Positions 1-9,128 of a DNA stretch of 64,000 nt are shown here, in pieces. This DNA comes from Nitrospinales bacterium. Its GTDB lineage: Bacteria > Nitrospinota > Nitrospinia > Nitrospinales > VA-1. Positions within the stretch are counted from its first letter, which is position 1, and each line of letters begins with the position of its first letter. The notes below the pieces were generated by a model that ran no database searches, was not told the DNA's origin, and worked only from the letters and a program-made list of their open reading frames with translations. Where the stretch lies: positions 480,001 through 544,000 of the forward strand of contig CBDCXL010000001.1 in assembly GCA_965223795.1 (NCBI GenBank), given 5' to 3'. The translations under genes and the position numbers were made by a program.

Positions 1-854
1 ACCGTTACGACGGGTTCGGCAGGCGCATCCAGAAAGATGTGGACGGCGTGGTCACGTCCTATATCTATGACGGCAAGAACATCGTGCTGGAATTCGACGG
101 CGGCGGCTCACTGCTCGCCCGCTACAGCCACGGACTCGATGTGGACGAACCGCTGGTGATGGAACGCGGCGGCATGGCGTACTTCTATCACCGCGACGCG
201 CTGGGCAGCGTGACGGAACTGACAGACTCCACCGGCACGGTGGCGCAGGCCTACGTCTACGACGCCTACGGCGGCATCCAGGCGACGAGCCTGCTGGAAA
301 ATCCGTTCACCTTCACCGGCAGGGAATTCGACACGGAAAGCGGGCTCTACTATTACCGCGCCCGCTATTACGACCCGGCAGCCGGGCGATTTGTCAACGA
401 AGATCCCATCGGCCTGGAAGGCGGCATCAACGTGTACGCCTATGTGGGCAACAACCCGGTCAACTTCACGGACCCGGATGGTTTGTTGGATGTCTCCAAC
501 CTCAGACCTGAATTGAGCGATATCGTGAACACATTGGGAATCGGAACGTTGCTTTTCGCCTGCAAACAATGCGTGGACCCGCTGGCTGAGCAAGTGGATG
601 CACTGGGAGAACGGGATACTTTGGAGCATTGCTTTGTGGGGGCGATGGCCAGGCAGAAATGCGGTTTGCACTGCGCGGAAGCGGCGGCTTTCGGAAAAGA
701 AGTCCTGGATTATTTCGGTGAAGGAACTTCGGAATTCAGGGATATTCAAAACACGTTCGAAGGATTCAAATGCTCTGAAGTGTCTTCCTGCATTCCGGAC
801 CTTGAAGAATGCTGTGAGAATCAAAATCTAACGGAAGGCCCAGGCAACAACTGA
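1..854 (+). CDS. RHS repeat-associated core protein, 3' part (open at window edge), with variable Cys-rich C-terminal tip
   Basis: Frame is open from base 3 (RYDGFGRRIQK). Motifs YFYHRDALGSV, FTFTGREFD, GLYYYRARYYDP..GRF..EDPIG and NPVNFTDPDGL match the RHS core. A divergent ~122 aa tail follows. Confidence 0.93.
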   Translation, partial: RYDGFGRRIQKDVDGVVTSYIYDGKNIVLEFDGGGSLLARYSHGLDVDEPLVMERGGMAYFYHRDALGSVTELTDSTGTVAQAYVYDAYGGIQATSLLENPFTFTGREFDTESGLYYYRARYYDPAAGRFVNEDPIGLEGGINVYAYVGNNPVNFTDPDGLLDVSNLRPELSDIVNTLGIGTLLFACKQCVDPLAEQVDALGERDTLEHCFVGAMARQKCGLHCAEAAAFGKEVLDYFGEGTSEFRDIQNTFEGFKCSEVSSCIPDLEECCENQNLTEGPGNN

Positions 855-895
855 CAACCCTGTCATTATCCATATCATCCCAATTTTAAAATTTT

Positions 896-1393
896 ATGAA
901 AACCATATTTAAATCGACTCTATTGATACTCATGCTGACTTCCTGCGACCCGCATGTGACCGACCATTTGCCGACTTCCAGTGAATTGGAGAAGCACTAC
1001 CCTCATTTTATTTCAAAACCAGTTCACCTGGAGAGTGTCTATCGGAATTCAGACACCAATGCTTTTTTGTTTCTCTATACAACTGCGGACAGCCATGTTC
1101 TGGACACCATCGCAGAGCACGCTCAGAAAAACCAATGGGAGATCATCCGCAAGACCAATACAGAGGTCGATTTTTTCAGATCTGTTCCCCCTCCGTCTGA
1201 CAAAACCGGGCTTTTTGGCGACCGGGGCCTCATTCGTATTGGTGTGCAACCGGAAAGTCAAAGAGTCTGTGTCGCCTGGTTCAGCCACAGCAACAAGGAA
1301 TTCGCCGAAAAGCATTTGTGGCCCAAGTACAAGGCCTGCATGCAGGGAGCCGGAGTCGTGGACACGCTGCTGACGAAAGCGGAAAAAACGTGA
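896..1393 (+). CDS. Putative lipoprotein, candidate immunity protein of the RHS toxin
   Basis: MKTIFKSTLLILMLTS-C lipobox. Lies directly downstream of the RHS gene and has lower GC than core genes. Confidence 0.65.
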   Translation: MKTIFKSTLLILMLTSCDPHVTDHLPTSSELEKHYPHFISKPVHLESVYRNSDTNAFLFLYTTADSHVLDTIAEHAQKNQWEIIRKTNTEVDFFRSVPPPSDKTGLFGDRGLIRIGVQPESQRVCVAWFSHSNKEFAEKHLWPKYKACMQGAGVVDTLLTKAEKT

Positions 1394-1783
1394 CGCTTTT
1401 TTTTAGAGAATTCTAAAATCGAACTCTAAAAATTCCTCAAATACGAATCCTGCAAACAAGGAAAGAACATCGATCTCATACGGCCGGACAGGAATAACGC
1501 TCGCAGTCTTTGATATCCGAATATCTTGACGAATACCTTCCTCATTTTTTATAACATTTCCATCATCTGATATCCGCGCCTCGCCACACTCCGCCTCTCC
1601 GAATTCTCTTTTTCCGCCCGGTTTGCGACGGCTCCCGTCCGTGCTTGATTCTGGTGAAATTTGTTTTTTCCCGCCCAAGGATTTGATATCATTATTGCAA
1701 GCGCTGGGGCCCCGCCCAAAGCGCGGGCACTTGGGGCCGCAATCGGTCTGGATACAGCAACACTCTGTTTTTCAATAAGTTTC

Positions 1784-2266
1784 ATGGCAGAAAAGGAACG
1801 ATTCATCGACAACGGCGACGGCACTCTGACCGATACGAAATACAATCGTATGTGGATGAAAGAGGACAGCTGGCTGATGCGCAAGAAGTGGATCACCTGG
1901 GGCGCCGCCAACAAATTCGTCGCCTGGCTGAACGAACAGAACTACGCCGGCTACAGCGACTGGCGGATTCCGAAAAACCAGGAGTGCCGCAATCTCTACG
2001 ACCACGACAGCAAGAACACGGACTTTGACGGAGACATCGTCCACATCGACCTCAAGTTTCCCGAAGGCTGCGGCTCGACCTACTGGTGCGCCGAAGAAAA
2101 CGGCATCAACGCCATGGCCTACAACTTTTACAGCGACCGGGCGTACCTGATCCGGAAGAAATCCTCCGACGATGCCAACATGGCCTGCCGGCCGGTGCGT
2201 TCTTCCGGTCCGGAAGTGAAAAAAGCCGGCCGCGTGTCCAACACGGGACGCACCCGGCGCGAATAA
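1784..2266 (+). CDS. DUF1566 (Lcl C-terminal-like) domain protein
   Basis: RFIDNGDGTLTD...MW, W..A...LN...YAGYSDWRIP and YW...CRPVR pattern. ATG at 1784 chosen as start. Confidence 0.85.
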   Translation: MAEKERFIDNGDGTLTDTKYNRMWMKEDSWLMRKKWITWGAANKFVAWLNEQNYAGYSDWRIPKNQECRNLYDHDSKNTDFDGDIVHIDLKFPEGCGSTYWCAEENGINAMAYNFYSDRAYLIRKKSSDDANMACRPVRSSGPEVKKAGRVSNTGRTRRE

Positions 2267-2334
2267 AGAGACGCCGGCCCGCGTCGCCCAAACCCGCCAC
2301 ACCACGCACGTCGCTCACCCACGGAGGCCCGAGC

Positions 2335-3489
2335 ATGGCCCGTCACCGCGGCACCGTCGCCGAAATCGATCTCGCATCCTTCCGCCACAATGTCAACGTG
2401 GTGCGCTCGCTGGTTGAACCCGGCGTCAAGATCATGGCCGTGGTCAAAGCGGACGCCTACGGCCACGGCGCGGTCCCCTGCGCGCAGGCGGCGCTGGAAG
2501 CGGGCGCGGAATGTCTGGGCGTGGCGGTGCTGGAAGAAGGGATCGAGCTGCGCGAGGCGGACATCGGCGCGCCCATCCTGGTGCTCGGCAGCATCTTCCC
2601 GAACGAGATTCAGGATCTTTTGCACTACCACCTCAGCCCGGCGCTGTTCCACTATCCGCTGGCGCACCTTCTGGCCCGGCAGGCGGAGAAGCGCGGCAAG
2701 ACCGTCGGCGTGCACGTCAAGATCGACACGGGCATGGGCCGCCTCGGCATCCCGCCGGAAGAATTCGTCTGCCTCATGCAGCAGCTCTCGGCGCTGAAAA
2801 ACCTGCGCGTCGAAGGCGTGTTCACGCATCTGTCCTCGGCGGACGAGCCCGACCCGGACTACACGCTGACCCAGCTCACGCGGTTCAGCGAAGCGCTGAA
2901 GCTATGGACGGACCAGGGCGAGCCCCTGCCGCCCACGCACTGCGCCAATACGGCGGGCATCCTCAAGTTTCCGCAGAGCCACCGGGAGATCGTGCGGCCG
3001 GGGATCATCCTGTACGGCGCCCTGCCCTCGCCCGACCTGGCTCCGATCCTGGCGGCCTCGGAAAAAACCAGCGGCGCCAACCGGTTCCGCCCGGTGATGC
3101 AGTGGAAAACCCGCATCCTCAGCGTGCAGCGGGTCCCCAAAGGCCGGGCGCTGAGCTACGGCCGCACGTTCGTGACGGAGCGCGACAGCCTCATCGCCAC
3201 GCTGCCGGTGGGCTACGCGGACGGGCTGAGCCGCAGCCTGTCCGGCAAGATGGAGGTGCTGGTGCACGGGCAGCGCGCGCCGCAGGTGGGGACGATCTGC
3301 ATGGACCTGACGCTGATCGACGTGACGGACGTGCGGGGCGATGTGCGCGCCGAGGACGAGGTGGTGCTGTTCGGCACGCAGGGGGAAGACACGATCACCG
3401 CCGATGAAATGGCGGAATGGGAAGGGACGATTTCCTACGAAGTGCTGTGCAACGTCGGCAAGCGCGTGCCGCGGGTGTATAAGAAGTGA
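2335..3489 (+). CDS. alr: Alanine racemase
   Basis: AVVKADAYGHG (PLP Lys), HVKIDTGMGRLG, PVGYADG, ICMD and ISYE motifs. GGAGG upstream of ATG 2335. Confidence 0.96.
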   Translation: MARHRGTVAEIDLASFRHNVNVVRSLVEPGVKIMAVVKADAYGHGAVPCAQAALEAGAECLGVAVLEEGIELREADIGAPILVLGSIFPNEIQDLLHYHLSPALFHYPLAHLLARQAEKRGKTVGVHVKIDTGMGRLGIPPEEFVCLMQQLSALKNLRVEGVFTHLSSADEPDPDYTLTQLTRFSEALKLWTDQGEPLPPTHCANTAGILKFPQSHREIVRPGIILYGALPSPDLAPILAASEKTSGANRFRPVMQWKTRILSVQRVPKGRALSYGRTFVTERDSLIATLPVGYADGLSRSLSGKMEVLVHGQRAPQVGTICMDLTLIDVTDVRGDVRAEDEVVLFGTQGEDTITADEMAEWEGTISYEVLCNVGKRVPRVYKK

Positions 3490-3510
3490 AGATAGTTTTT
3501 TAAGTAAGGC

Positions 3511-3739
3511 GAGATGAGTGCCTGGGCAAACCTTATGAAGGGGAATCCTCTCCCCTTTTATTCTGGTGGGGAATCCCACCAGCAAGGAGTGTTGCTGGTA
3601 CCGAAACGACTCTTCGCCCTGTAAAGGGCGAGGCCCATATCTGGGTCACATACGGTCTCCTTCCAACTGTTTAAAAGTCAAAAGTAAACCGATTTAACAA
3701 ACCTCAAAAAATTTTAACTGCTACCCAGGCACTCATCTC
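3511..3739. repeat. 229-bp intergenic element with 16-bp perfect terminal inverted repeats and internal hairpins (MITE-like or structured RNA)
   Basis: GAGATGAGTGCCTGGG (3511-3526) pairs with CCCAGGCACTCATCTC (3724-3739). Internal stems at 3538-3557, 3563-3582, 3614-3631 and 3632-3647. Confidence 0.7.
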
Positions 3740-3883
3740 TGAAGGGATCGAATAACTTTAATATGGTCCTCAAAATAATACTGTCAACGTTTTATTCGAC
3801 ATGGCGATAATTGACCGCCAGTCGAGAAATCCTGTAAACACAAATGCTTAACGCCTTCACCCAGAAAAATATTCAGGCTGATT

Positions 3884-4963
3884 TTATTGAACAGGAAAAC
3901 TCAGCATGATTCCTCCCATAACGTCGTTGAGCTTATAATCTTTTTTTGGACTGTCCGGATGCGAGTTGTGACAAGAGACACACGATTTTGATACCGCCAG
4001 ATCCGGATAGACCGCTTCAAAATATTGCCGGTCATGCACTTCATGCGTGCCTGTATACGTTTCCTTCGAGTTTTTGGCGACGACTTCCATTCCCTTTTGT
4101 TCAAACTCGTTCACAGCACGGTTGTACTGATTGATCGGCCAGGCGCTGAACAGTTTGTACATCAACCCCATTCTTTTATGGGCAACGAGATCGGAAGCGT
4201 TGAGTAAAAACTGAGCCGGCAGCAGCAAAGCTTTATCTTTCCACCAACTTTCGGATGCCTTCACAATATTGTTGTTTTGCAGCCGGTTGACAACAAATTC
4301 GGCATAGATCATGCGGTCCGACTCCACCACCGCATGGATGTAATCGGCAACCTCTTTTGCAGGAACCAAATCATTCTGTTTCAAAGGAATTGTGATGCTG
4401 ATCCCTCCCATCACGTCACCCAGTTTGAAATCCTTTTTTGGGCTTTCAGGGTGATCGTTGTGGCAATTGACGCAGGATTGGGTCACCGCCTTATCGGGGT
4501 AGACAGCTTTGAACATCCGTTTCCCCTTTAAGGTGAACGTGGTGGTGAAGGGTTTGTTCGGATTATTGGCGACTTCCTGCAACCCTCTTTCTTCAAAACT
4601 GTTAGACGGGCGGTTATTGGGATTGATGGGCCACAGACTCATGAGCCGGTAGGACATTCCCAATCCCTGGGAGGAAACGTTTTCTGAGGCCAACAACAGG
4701 AACTGGGCTGGAAGAGGCAGGGTGTTTTCCTGCAACCAGTTTTCCGTTGCTTTCAAGGAAATGGCTTCCCCGAGACGCTCCACAATCATTTTTGAATAAA
4801 TGGTCCGATCCGCTTCGATCACCGCGTGAATGTAATCGGTGGCGATGATCGGAGACACCCCAAGAGGAATGACTTTGGTTTTGCCCCAGCTGAGGTTGGA
4901 AATCAGGAGAAACGATGAAACCAGGATGATGAATACGATTGAGGAATAGTGTGGTCTATGCAT
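3884..4963 (-). CDS. Exported diheme c protein with tandem DUF3365 (Tll0287-like) domains
   Basis: N-terminal signal/TM, two CxxCH motifs (CVNCH, CVSCH), and an internal duplication (DYIHAV.E.DR..Y, LPAQFL, WPIN, DVMGGI). RBS GGAGGG before ATG 4963. Confidence 0.88.
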   Translation of the reverse strand: MHRPHYSSIVFIILVSSFLLISNLSWGKTKVIPLGVSPIIATDYIHAVIEADRTIYSKMIVERLGEAISLKATENWLQENTLPLPAQFLLLASENVSSQGLGMSYRLMSLWPINPNNRPSNSFEERGLQEVANNPNKPFTTTFTLKGKRMFKAVYPDKAVTQSCVNCHNDHPESPKKDFKLGDVMGGISITIPLKQNDLVPAKEVADYIHAVVESDRMIYAEFVVNRLQNNNIVKASESWWKDKALLLPAQFLLNASDLVAHKRMGLMYKLFSAWPINQYNRAVNEFEQKGMEVVAKNSKETYTGTHEVHDRQYFEAVYPDLAVSKSCVSCHNSHPDSPKKDYKLNDVMGGIMLSFPVQ

Positions 4964-5436
4964 GATTCCCTCCTGCAAAAAGACCGCATTGCTTTTTTCA
5001 GGTAATAGCTCGAGGAGAACGTCGGGCCATCAATAGCGGAGGGGAATGGGAGGACGGCCCAGCAACGGGTCTATTCTTGCTTAAAGTCTTTTGCTTGATA
5101 TGTGGAGATGTGGATAAATAAAATCTGATCCCCTCTCACTTGTTTGTCAATGGGGAAAATAACCAACTATTTCAAAGATAAAGACCTGGTTGGGTTGTAG
5201 AGTGGATTCAAACGCCTCTGATATTTTTTAGCTTATTGAGAATGGCCTGGATGAAGCAATGAATGAACCCACATCAAACGCCGTGGGTCATCTAAATTTC
5301 ATCGACTTATCCCGCCAGTCACCATAATCCTATGGTCAATCATGCCTTTTTCCCCCATAAATGAATCCTGTGGGAAACACACAATTTGTAGCGCACGCGA
5401 TTTATTTAAACGGAATTGCTATCTGTCTTCACAACT

Positions 5437-5895
5437 TCATCTCTTCATCTTCATCCTGTGGCCGCAGTCCACACACTGGTAGCGTTTGCGGAAGAAGATG
5501 AACGGGAAGCCGAGTAGCAGGCTCCAGGCGCCGGCTTTGCGGCTGGCGTCCACGACTTTCAGATTGGGTGAGTGGCATTGCTCGCACAGGTCGCCGGGCT
5601 TGAGGGCGGGGAATTCTTCTTCAATCTCTTCAAGGTCGGCGGAATGGTCTTCGTTCAGGATCGCCTTGGCGCGCTCCGCGTCGGCTTCCCGCACCTGCAG
5701 CTTCACGCCGCCGAGGGCGAAGGAGTAGGCCCAGTCGATGGCGATCAGGTTTTTGTCTTTCAGAAAGCAGGGGATGCCTTCGGATTCCAGCTTGGAGCGC
5801 GCCAGCTCGGCCAGGGGCACGTCGCGGAAGCTGGCGATGGTCCGCAGACGGTTGTCCCCGTCTCCGCCGCCGTCTGATGGAAACGTGTTAAGCAT
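5437..5895 (-). CDS. DUF2007-like domain protein with C-terminal CxxC/CxxC zinc-ribbon-like region
   Basis: AELARSKLESEGIPCF..D...GGVKLQV...DAERA, then CEQC and CVDC flanking a hydrophobic segment. Confidence 0.75.
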   Translation of the reverse strand: MLNTFPSDGGGDGDNRLRTIASFRDVPLAELARSKLESEGIPCFLKDKNLIAIDWAYSFALGGVKLQVREADAERAKAILNEDHSADLEEIEEEFPALKPGDLCEQCHSPNLKVVDASRKAGAWSLLLGFPFIFFRKRYQCVDCGHRMKMKR

Positions 5896-6826
5896 GTGGC
5901 TTGTGCGCGCTGACGTACACGGCGTCGCTTAAGGAGTACTCTCCCTGTTCGAGGTTCCACGCCGCCGCCTGCTGCGCGATGATGTCGAGCAGCTCGGAAT
6001 CGGACAGGTCGGCGCTGGATTTGTGGTACTGCCGCTGCGCCACCGGTTCCAGGGATTCGGCGAACAGTTTGCGCGCGGCGCGCGGGAAGGTCGCGGTGGG
6101 CAGAAGCTTCGTGCCCTCATCGGCTTTCTCGATGGCGAAATGGCCGCACATGTGAAACTCGGGCTGCATGAATCCGGTTTTTTCCAGCAGCGCCCGGTGG
6201 GTGGTGATGGTGAAATGGTTGATGTGCTCTTTGATGAACCAGTCGTACTCCGGCTTGGCCCGCATCAGGTGGTAGGTCAGGTTGTCGAGGTTGGGCGTGG
6301 AGAAGATGACGCGGCCGCCGGGTTTCAGAAAACGGCGCACGTGGTTCATGACCGCCACGGGCTCGAACGCATGCTCCAGCACCGCGAGCAGCACAATCAC
6401 ATCGAAGGATTCGGGTTCCAGGTCCGCGTCCTGAAGGTACGCCTGCCGGATCTCGAGATCGAGCACCTGTTTCGCCAGCTCCACGGCTTTCGGTGAAGGG
6501 TCGATCCCCACCGCGTCCCAGCCTTTCTTTCTCGCCAGCGCCACCAGCGCACCGACGCCGCAGCCCACGTCGAGCAGCGTGCCGGGCTTCATGCCCAAAT
6601 AGGCCAGTATGTCCATCACGATCTCGACGGCGGTGATGTTGACCTTCTCGTAAAACTCCTGACCGTGATAGTAGGCCTCGATGCGGCCGCTCTGCGGACG
6701 CGGGCTGTAAAACTGGAAACCGCATTCCCTGCAGCGCGCCAGGTGATGCCCGTCGCGCGTGGTGAACTGCGGAATCTTGGCGGAGGATCCGCACAGCGCG
6801 CAATTCACTTCAACCAGTCCGGTCAT
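5888..6826 (-). CDS. Class I SAM-dependent methyltransferase with N-terminal Zn-binding CxxC pairs
   Basis: CALC...CREC, LLDVGCGVG, FDVIVL..VLEH, LKPGG..IFSTPN and EHINHF. RBS GGAGGT before ATG 6826. Confidence 0.88.
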   Translation of the reverse strand: MTGLVEVNCALCGSSAKIPQFTTRDGHHLARCRECGFQFYSPRPQSGRIEAYYHGQEFYEKVNITAVEIVMDILAYLGMKPGTLLDVGCGVGALVALARKKGWDAVGIDPSPKAVELAKQVLDLEIRQAYLQDADLEPESFDVIVLLAVLEHAFEPVAVMNHVRRFLKPGGRVIFSTPNLDNLTYHLMRAKPEYDWFIKEHINHFTITTHRALLEKTGFMQPEFHMCGHFAIEKADEGTKLLPTATFPRAARKLFAESLEPVAQRQYHKSSADLSDSELLDIIAQQAAAWNLEQGEYSLSDAVYVSAHKPHA

Positions 6827-6982
6827 AGGGTCACCTCCCTCCTCAAGAATGAGATGGAAAAGGAATTCTGTCGATTCCCCGTCCGCAGACGGTTCCGATA
6901 TGCCTCTCTGGGCAATTTCCCTGAAAAACCGCCGCATAACCGCTCAATCGCTTTAAAAACCGGTTTTTTTGCTTACCAGTTC

Positions 6983-7002
6983 TATTATAATACGTTATAA
7001 TA
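6983..7002. promoter_or_regulatory. Perfect 8-4-8 palindrome between divergent genes (operator or bidirectional -10 elements)
   Basis: TATTATAA-TACG-TTATAATA, containing TATAAT on both strands. Confidence 0.45.
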
Positions 7003-7101
7003 CAATAAGTTATATACCACCCACCAGATATCGGCCGATGCCCCCGCCAGCTCCGATCGGGCTGTTTGGGCTTATTATTTTATTAAAAACCGGAAAATCC
7101 G

Positions 7102-7848
7102 ATGGATCTCAAAACAGAATACAAGCTGGGGCTGCTCAAGGGCGTCGATTTTTTAAGTGGCTTTTCGCAGGACGGCATTGAAAGCCTGCTCGCCGATTGC
7201 CAGGAAATTGCCTTCAATGTCGGAGAAACCATTCTCACGGACGGCGAATTCGGCGAAACCCTGTACATCGTCCTCGCGGGTGACCTGGGAATCTGTAAAG
7301 ACGACATCGAAATCGCGCAAAGGGGTCCCGGCGATTATTTCGGTGAAATGGCTCTGCTGGTGCCTGGCCCCCGGTCGGCCACGGTCAAGGCGAAGACCAA
7401 CTCGCTGCTTCTTGAAATCGACAAAAAACAATTCAAGTCTCATTTCGGTGAAAATTCGCATGCGCTGCTGGCGATACTGAAAACCATCTCGGACCGTTCG
7501 CGGGAAGACCTCAAGGCCCTGAGCCGGGAATACCACAATTTGAAGATGGAACGCATGCTGGCAAAAGACGCCCGCCAGACTCTCACCGACACGGCCAAGG
7601 TCAGCGACGCGAAATCCGAATTCATCACCAATATGAGTGAGGAAGTCATCGATCACCTCAAGGCGATCCTCGACTACGCGCATCTGCTGGAAGAAAACCC
7701 GTCGGGCAACCTCAGCGCGCAGCAGAAAGACGCAGTTCAGCAAATCCTCAATGAGGGCGACGAACTTTTGCGGCTGACGAAAGAGGCGTTTGAATTCGTC
7801 AAAGTCGAACAGGGGGAGCCGGCGCCCGACGTCAAGACCACCCCGTAG
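7102..7848 (+). CDS. Cyclic-nucleotide-binding domain protein with degenerate HisKA-like C-terminus
   Basis: GETILTDGE...LYIVLAG, GDYFGEMAL and PRSATVKA (cNMP). AKSEFITNMSEEV..HLKAI resembles a HisKA H-box without the His. Confidence 0.8.
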   Translation: MDLKTEYKLGLLKGVDFLSGFSQDGIESLLADCQEIAFNVGETILTDGEFGETLYIVLAGDLGICKDDIEIAQRGPGDYFGEMALLVPGPRSATVKAKTNSLLLEIDKKQFKSHFGENSHALLAILKTISDRSREDLKALSREYHNLKMERMLAKDARQTLTDTAKVSDAKSEFITNMSEEVIDHLKAILDYAHLLEENPSGNLSAQQKDAVQQILNEGDELLRLTKEAFEFVKVEQGEPAPDVKTTP

Positions 7849-7890
7849 CAGCATAAAAAACCCCACTCCACTCTCACCTGCCCTGCCAGC

Positions 7891-8814
7891 TCATTCCTTG
7901 AGCCGGATCTGCTCCATGCTTTGCAGTCCCTTTTCGCGAAAGTGCGCTTGCAGCCCGTCGAGGATTTTCATGGTCACGGACGGATCGATGAAATTGGCGG
8001 TGCCGATCTGCACCGCGGCGGCGCCCACGGATAAAAACTCCAGCGCGTCTTCGGTGCTGGCGATGCCGCCGATGCCGATCACGGGAATGTTCACGGCGCG
8101 CACGGTCTGGTACACCATGTTGAGCGCGATCGGCTTGATGGCGGGACCGGACAGACCGCCGGTGCGGTTCGCGAGATAGGGCGCCGCATTTTTCAGATCG
8201 ACCGCCATGCCCACGTGGGTGTTGATGAGCGACAGGGCGTCCGCCCCGCCCTCTTCCGCGGCGCGGGCGATCTCTTTGATGTCGGTGACGTTGGGCGACA
8301 GCTTGACGATGAGAAACCGCTTTGTGGCCTGGCGCACCGCCTTGAGCAGGCTTAGCACCACTTCCGGGTCGGAGCTGAACTGGGTGCCGCCTTTTTCGAC
8401 GTTGGGACAGGAGATGTTCATCTCCAGCGCGTGGATGCCGTCCGCGCGGTTCAGCGCCGAGGCCAGCTCGCAGTATTCGTCCACGGTGTCGCCGAAAAAG
8501 TTGACCAGGACGCGGGTGCTGTATGGGCTGAGCTGGGGAAGCTTTTCTTCGATGAAACGGTCGAGGCCGATGTTTTCCAGCCCGATGGCGTTGAGCATTC
8601 CGGAAGGGGTTTCGACGATGCGCGGCACCGGGTTGCCGATCTTCGGCTTTAAGGAAAGCCCCTTGGTGGCGAACGCTCCCAGCCGGTTCAGGTCCACGAA
8701 GGGGGCGTACTCGATGCCGTAACCGAACGTGCCGGAAGCGGCGATCACCGGATTGTCAAGCTTGAGTGCGCCGTTGCCAAGATCAACCGAAAGATCTGCA
8801 CTGCCGCTGGTCAT
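7891..8814 (-). CDS. pyrD: Dihydroorotate dehydrogenase class 1B catalytic subunit
   Basis: NPVIAASGTFGYG, MLNAIGLEN, EMNISCPN, VKLSPNV, GGLSGPAIKP and VQIGTANF. Confidence 0.96.
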   Translation of the reverse strand: MTSGSADLSVDLGNGALKLDNPVIAASGTFGYGIEYAPFVDLNRLGAFATKGLSLKPKIGNPVPRIVETPSGMLNAIGLENIGLDRFIEEKLPQLSPYSTRVLVNFFGDTVDEYCELASALNRADGIHALEMNISCPNVEKGGTQFSSDPEVVLSLLKAVRQATKRFLIVKLSPNVTDIKEIARAAEEGGADALSLINTHVGMAVDLKNAAPYLANRTGGLSGPAIKPIALNMVYQTVRAVNIPVIGIGGIASTEDALEFLSVGAAAVQIGTANFIDPSVTMKILDGLQAHFREKGLQSMEQIRLKE

Positions 8815-9128
8815 CGGTTCCGGTCTCCATCATTGTTTCGGTTGGCGCGTCGGCGATGTCGCCCGGCAACTTCTATCACATTAAGTCTTACTTTTACAAC
8901 CGGATCGATTGTGTTCTCCCGTTCAATTCGTGTTGACTCTCTTTGCGATCGCCGATATACTGAATTCCGGTGGGTCCAGTATTTTGAAATCGTTGACGTT
9001 AAAGCACCGGCACCCAGCTTTCCAAAAACCCATCCGCTGTTTGACAACCATGAACCCAGGGCAATCATCGGACCGCCTGTTCATGGTAGTTATTATCCAA
9101 CTGAATTTCAACCAACTCGCAAAAATCC

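Noticed and set aside
1403..1678. 91-aa minus-strand ORF after the candidate immunity gene
   Set aside because: No RBS or recognisable motif. It may be a remnant, but I cannot support that.
3511..3739. Possible retron msr-msd, c-di-GMP riboswitch or hammerhead ribozyme
   Set aside because: No reverse transcriptase in the window. GGCAAACC is not followed by the rest of the riboswitch consensus, and there is no CUGANGA core.
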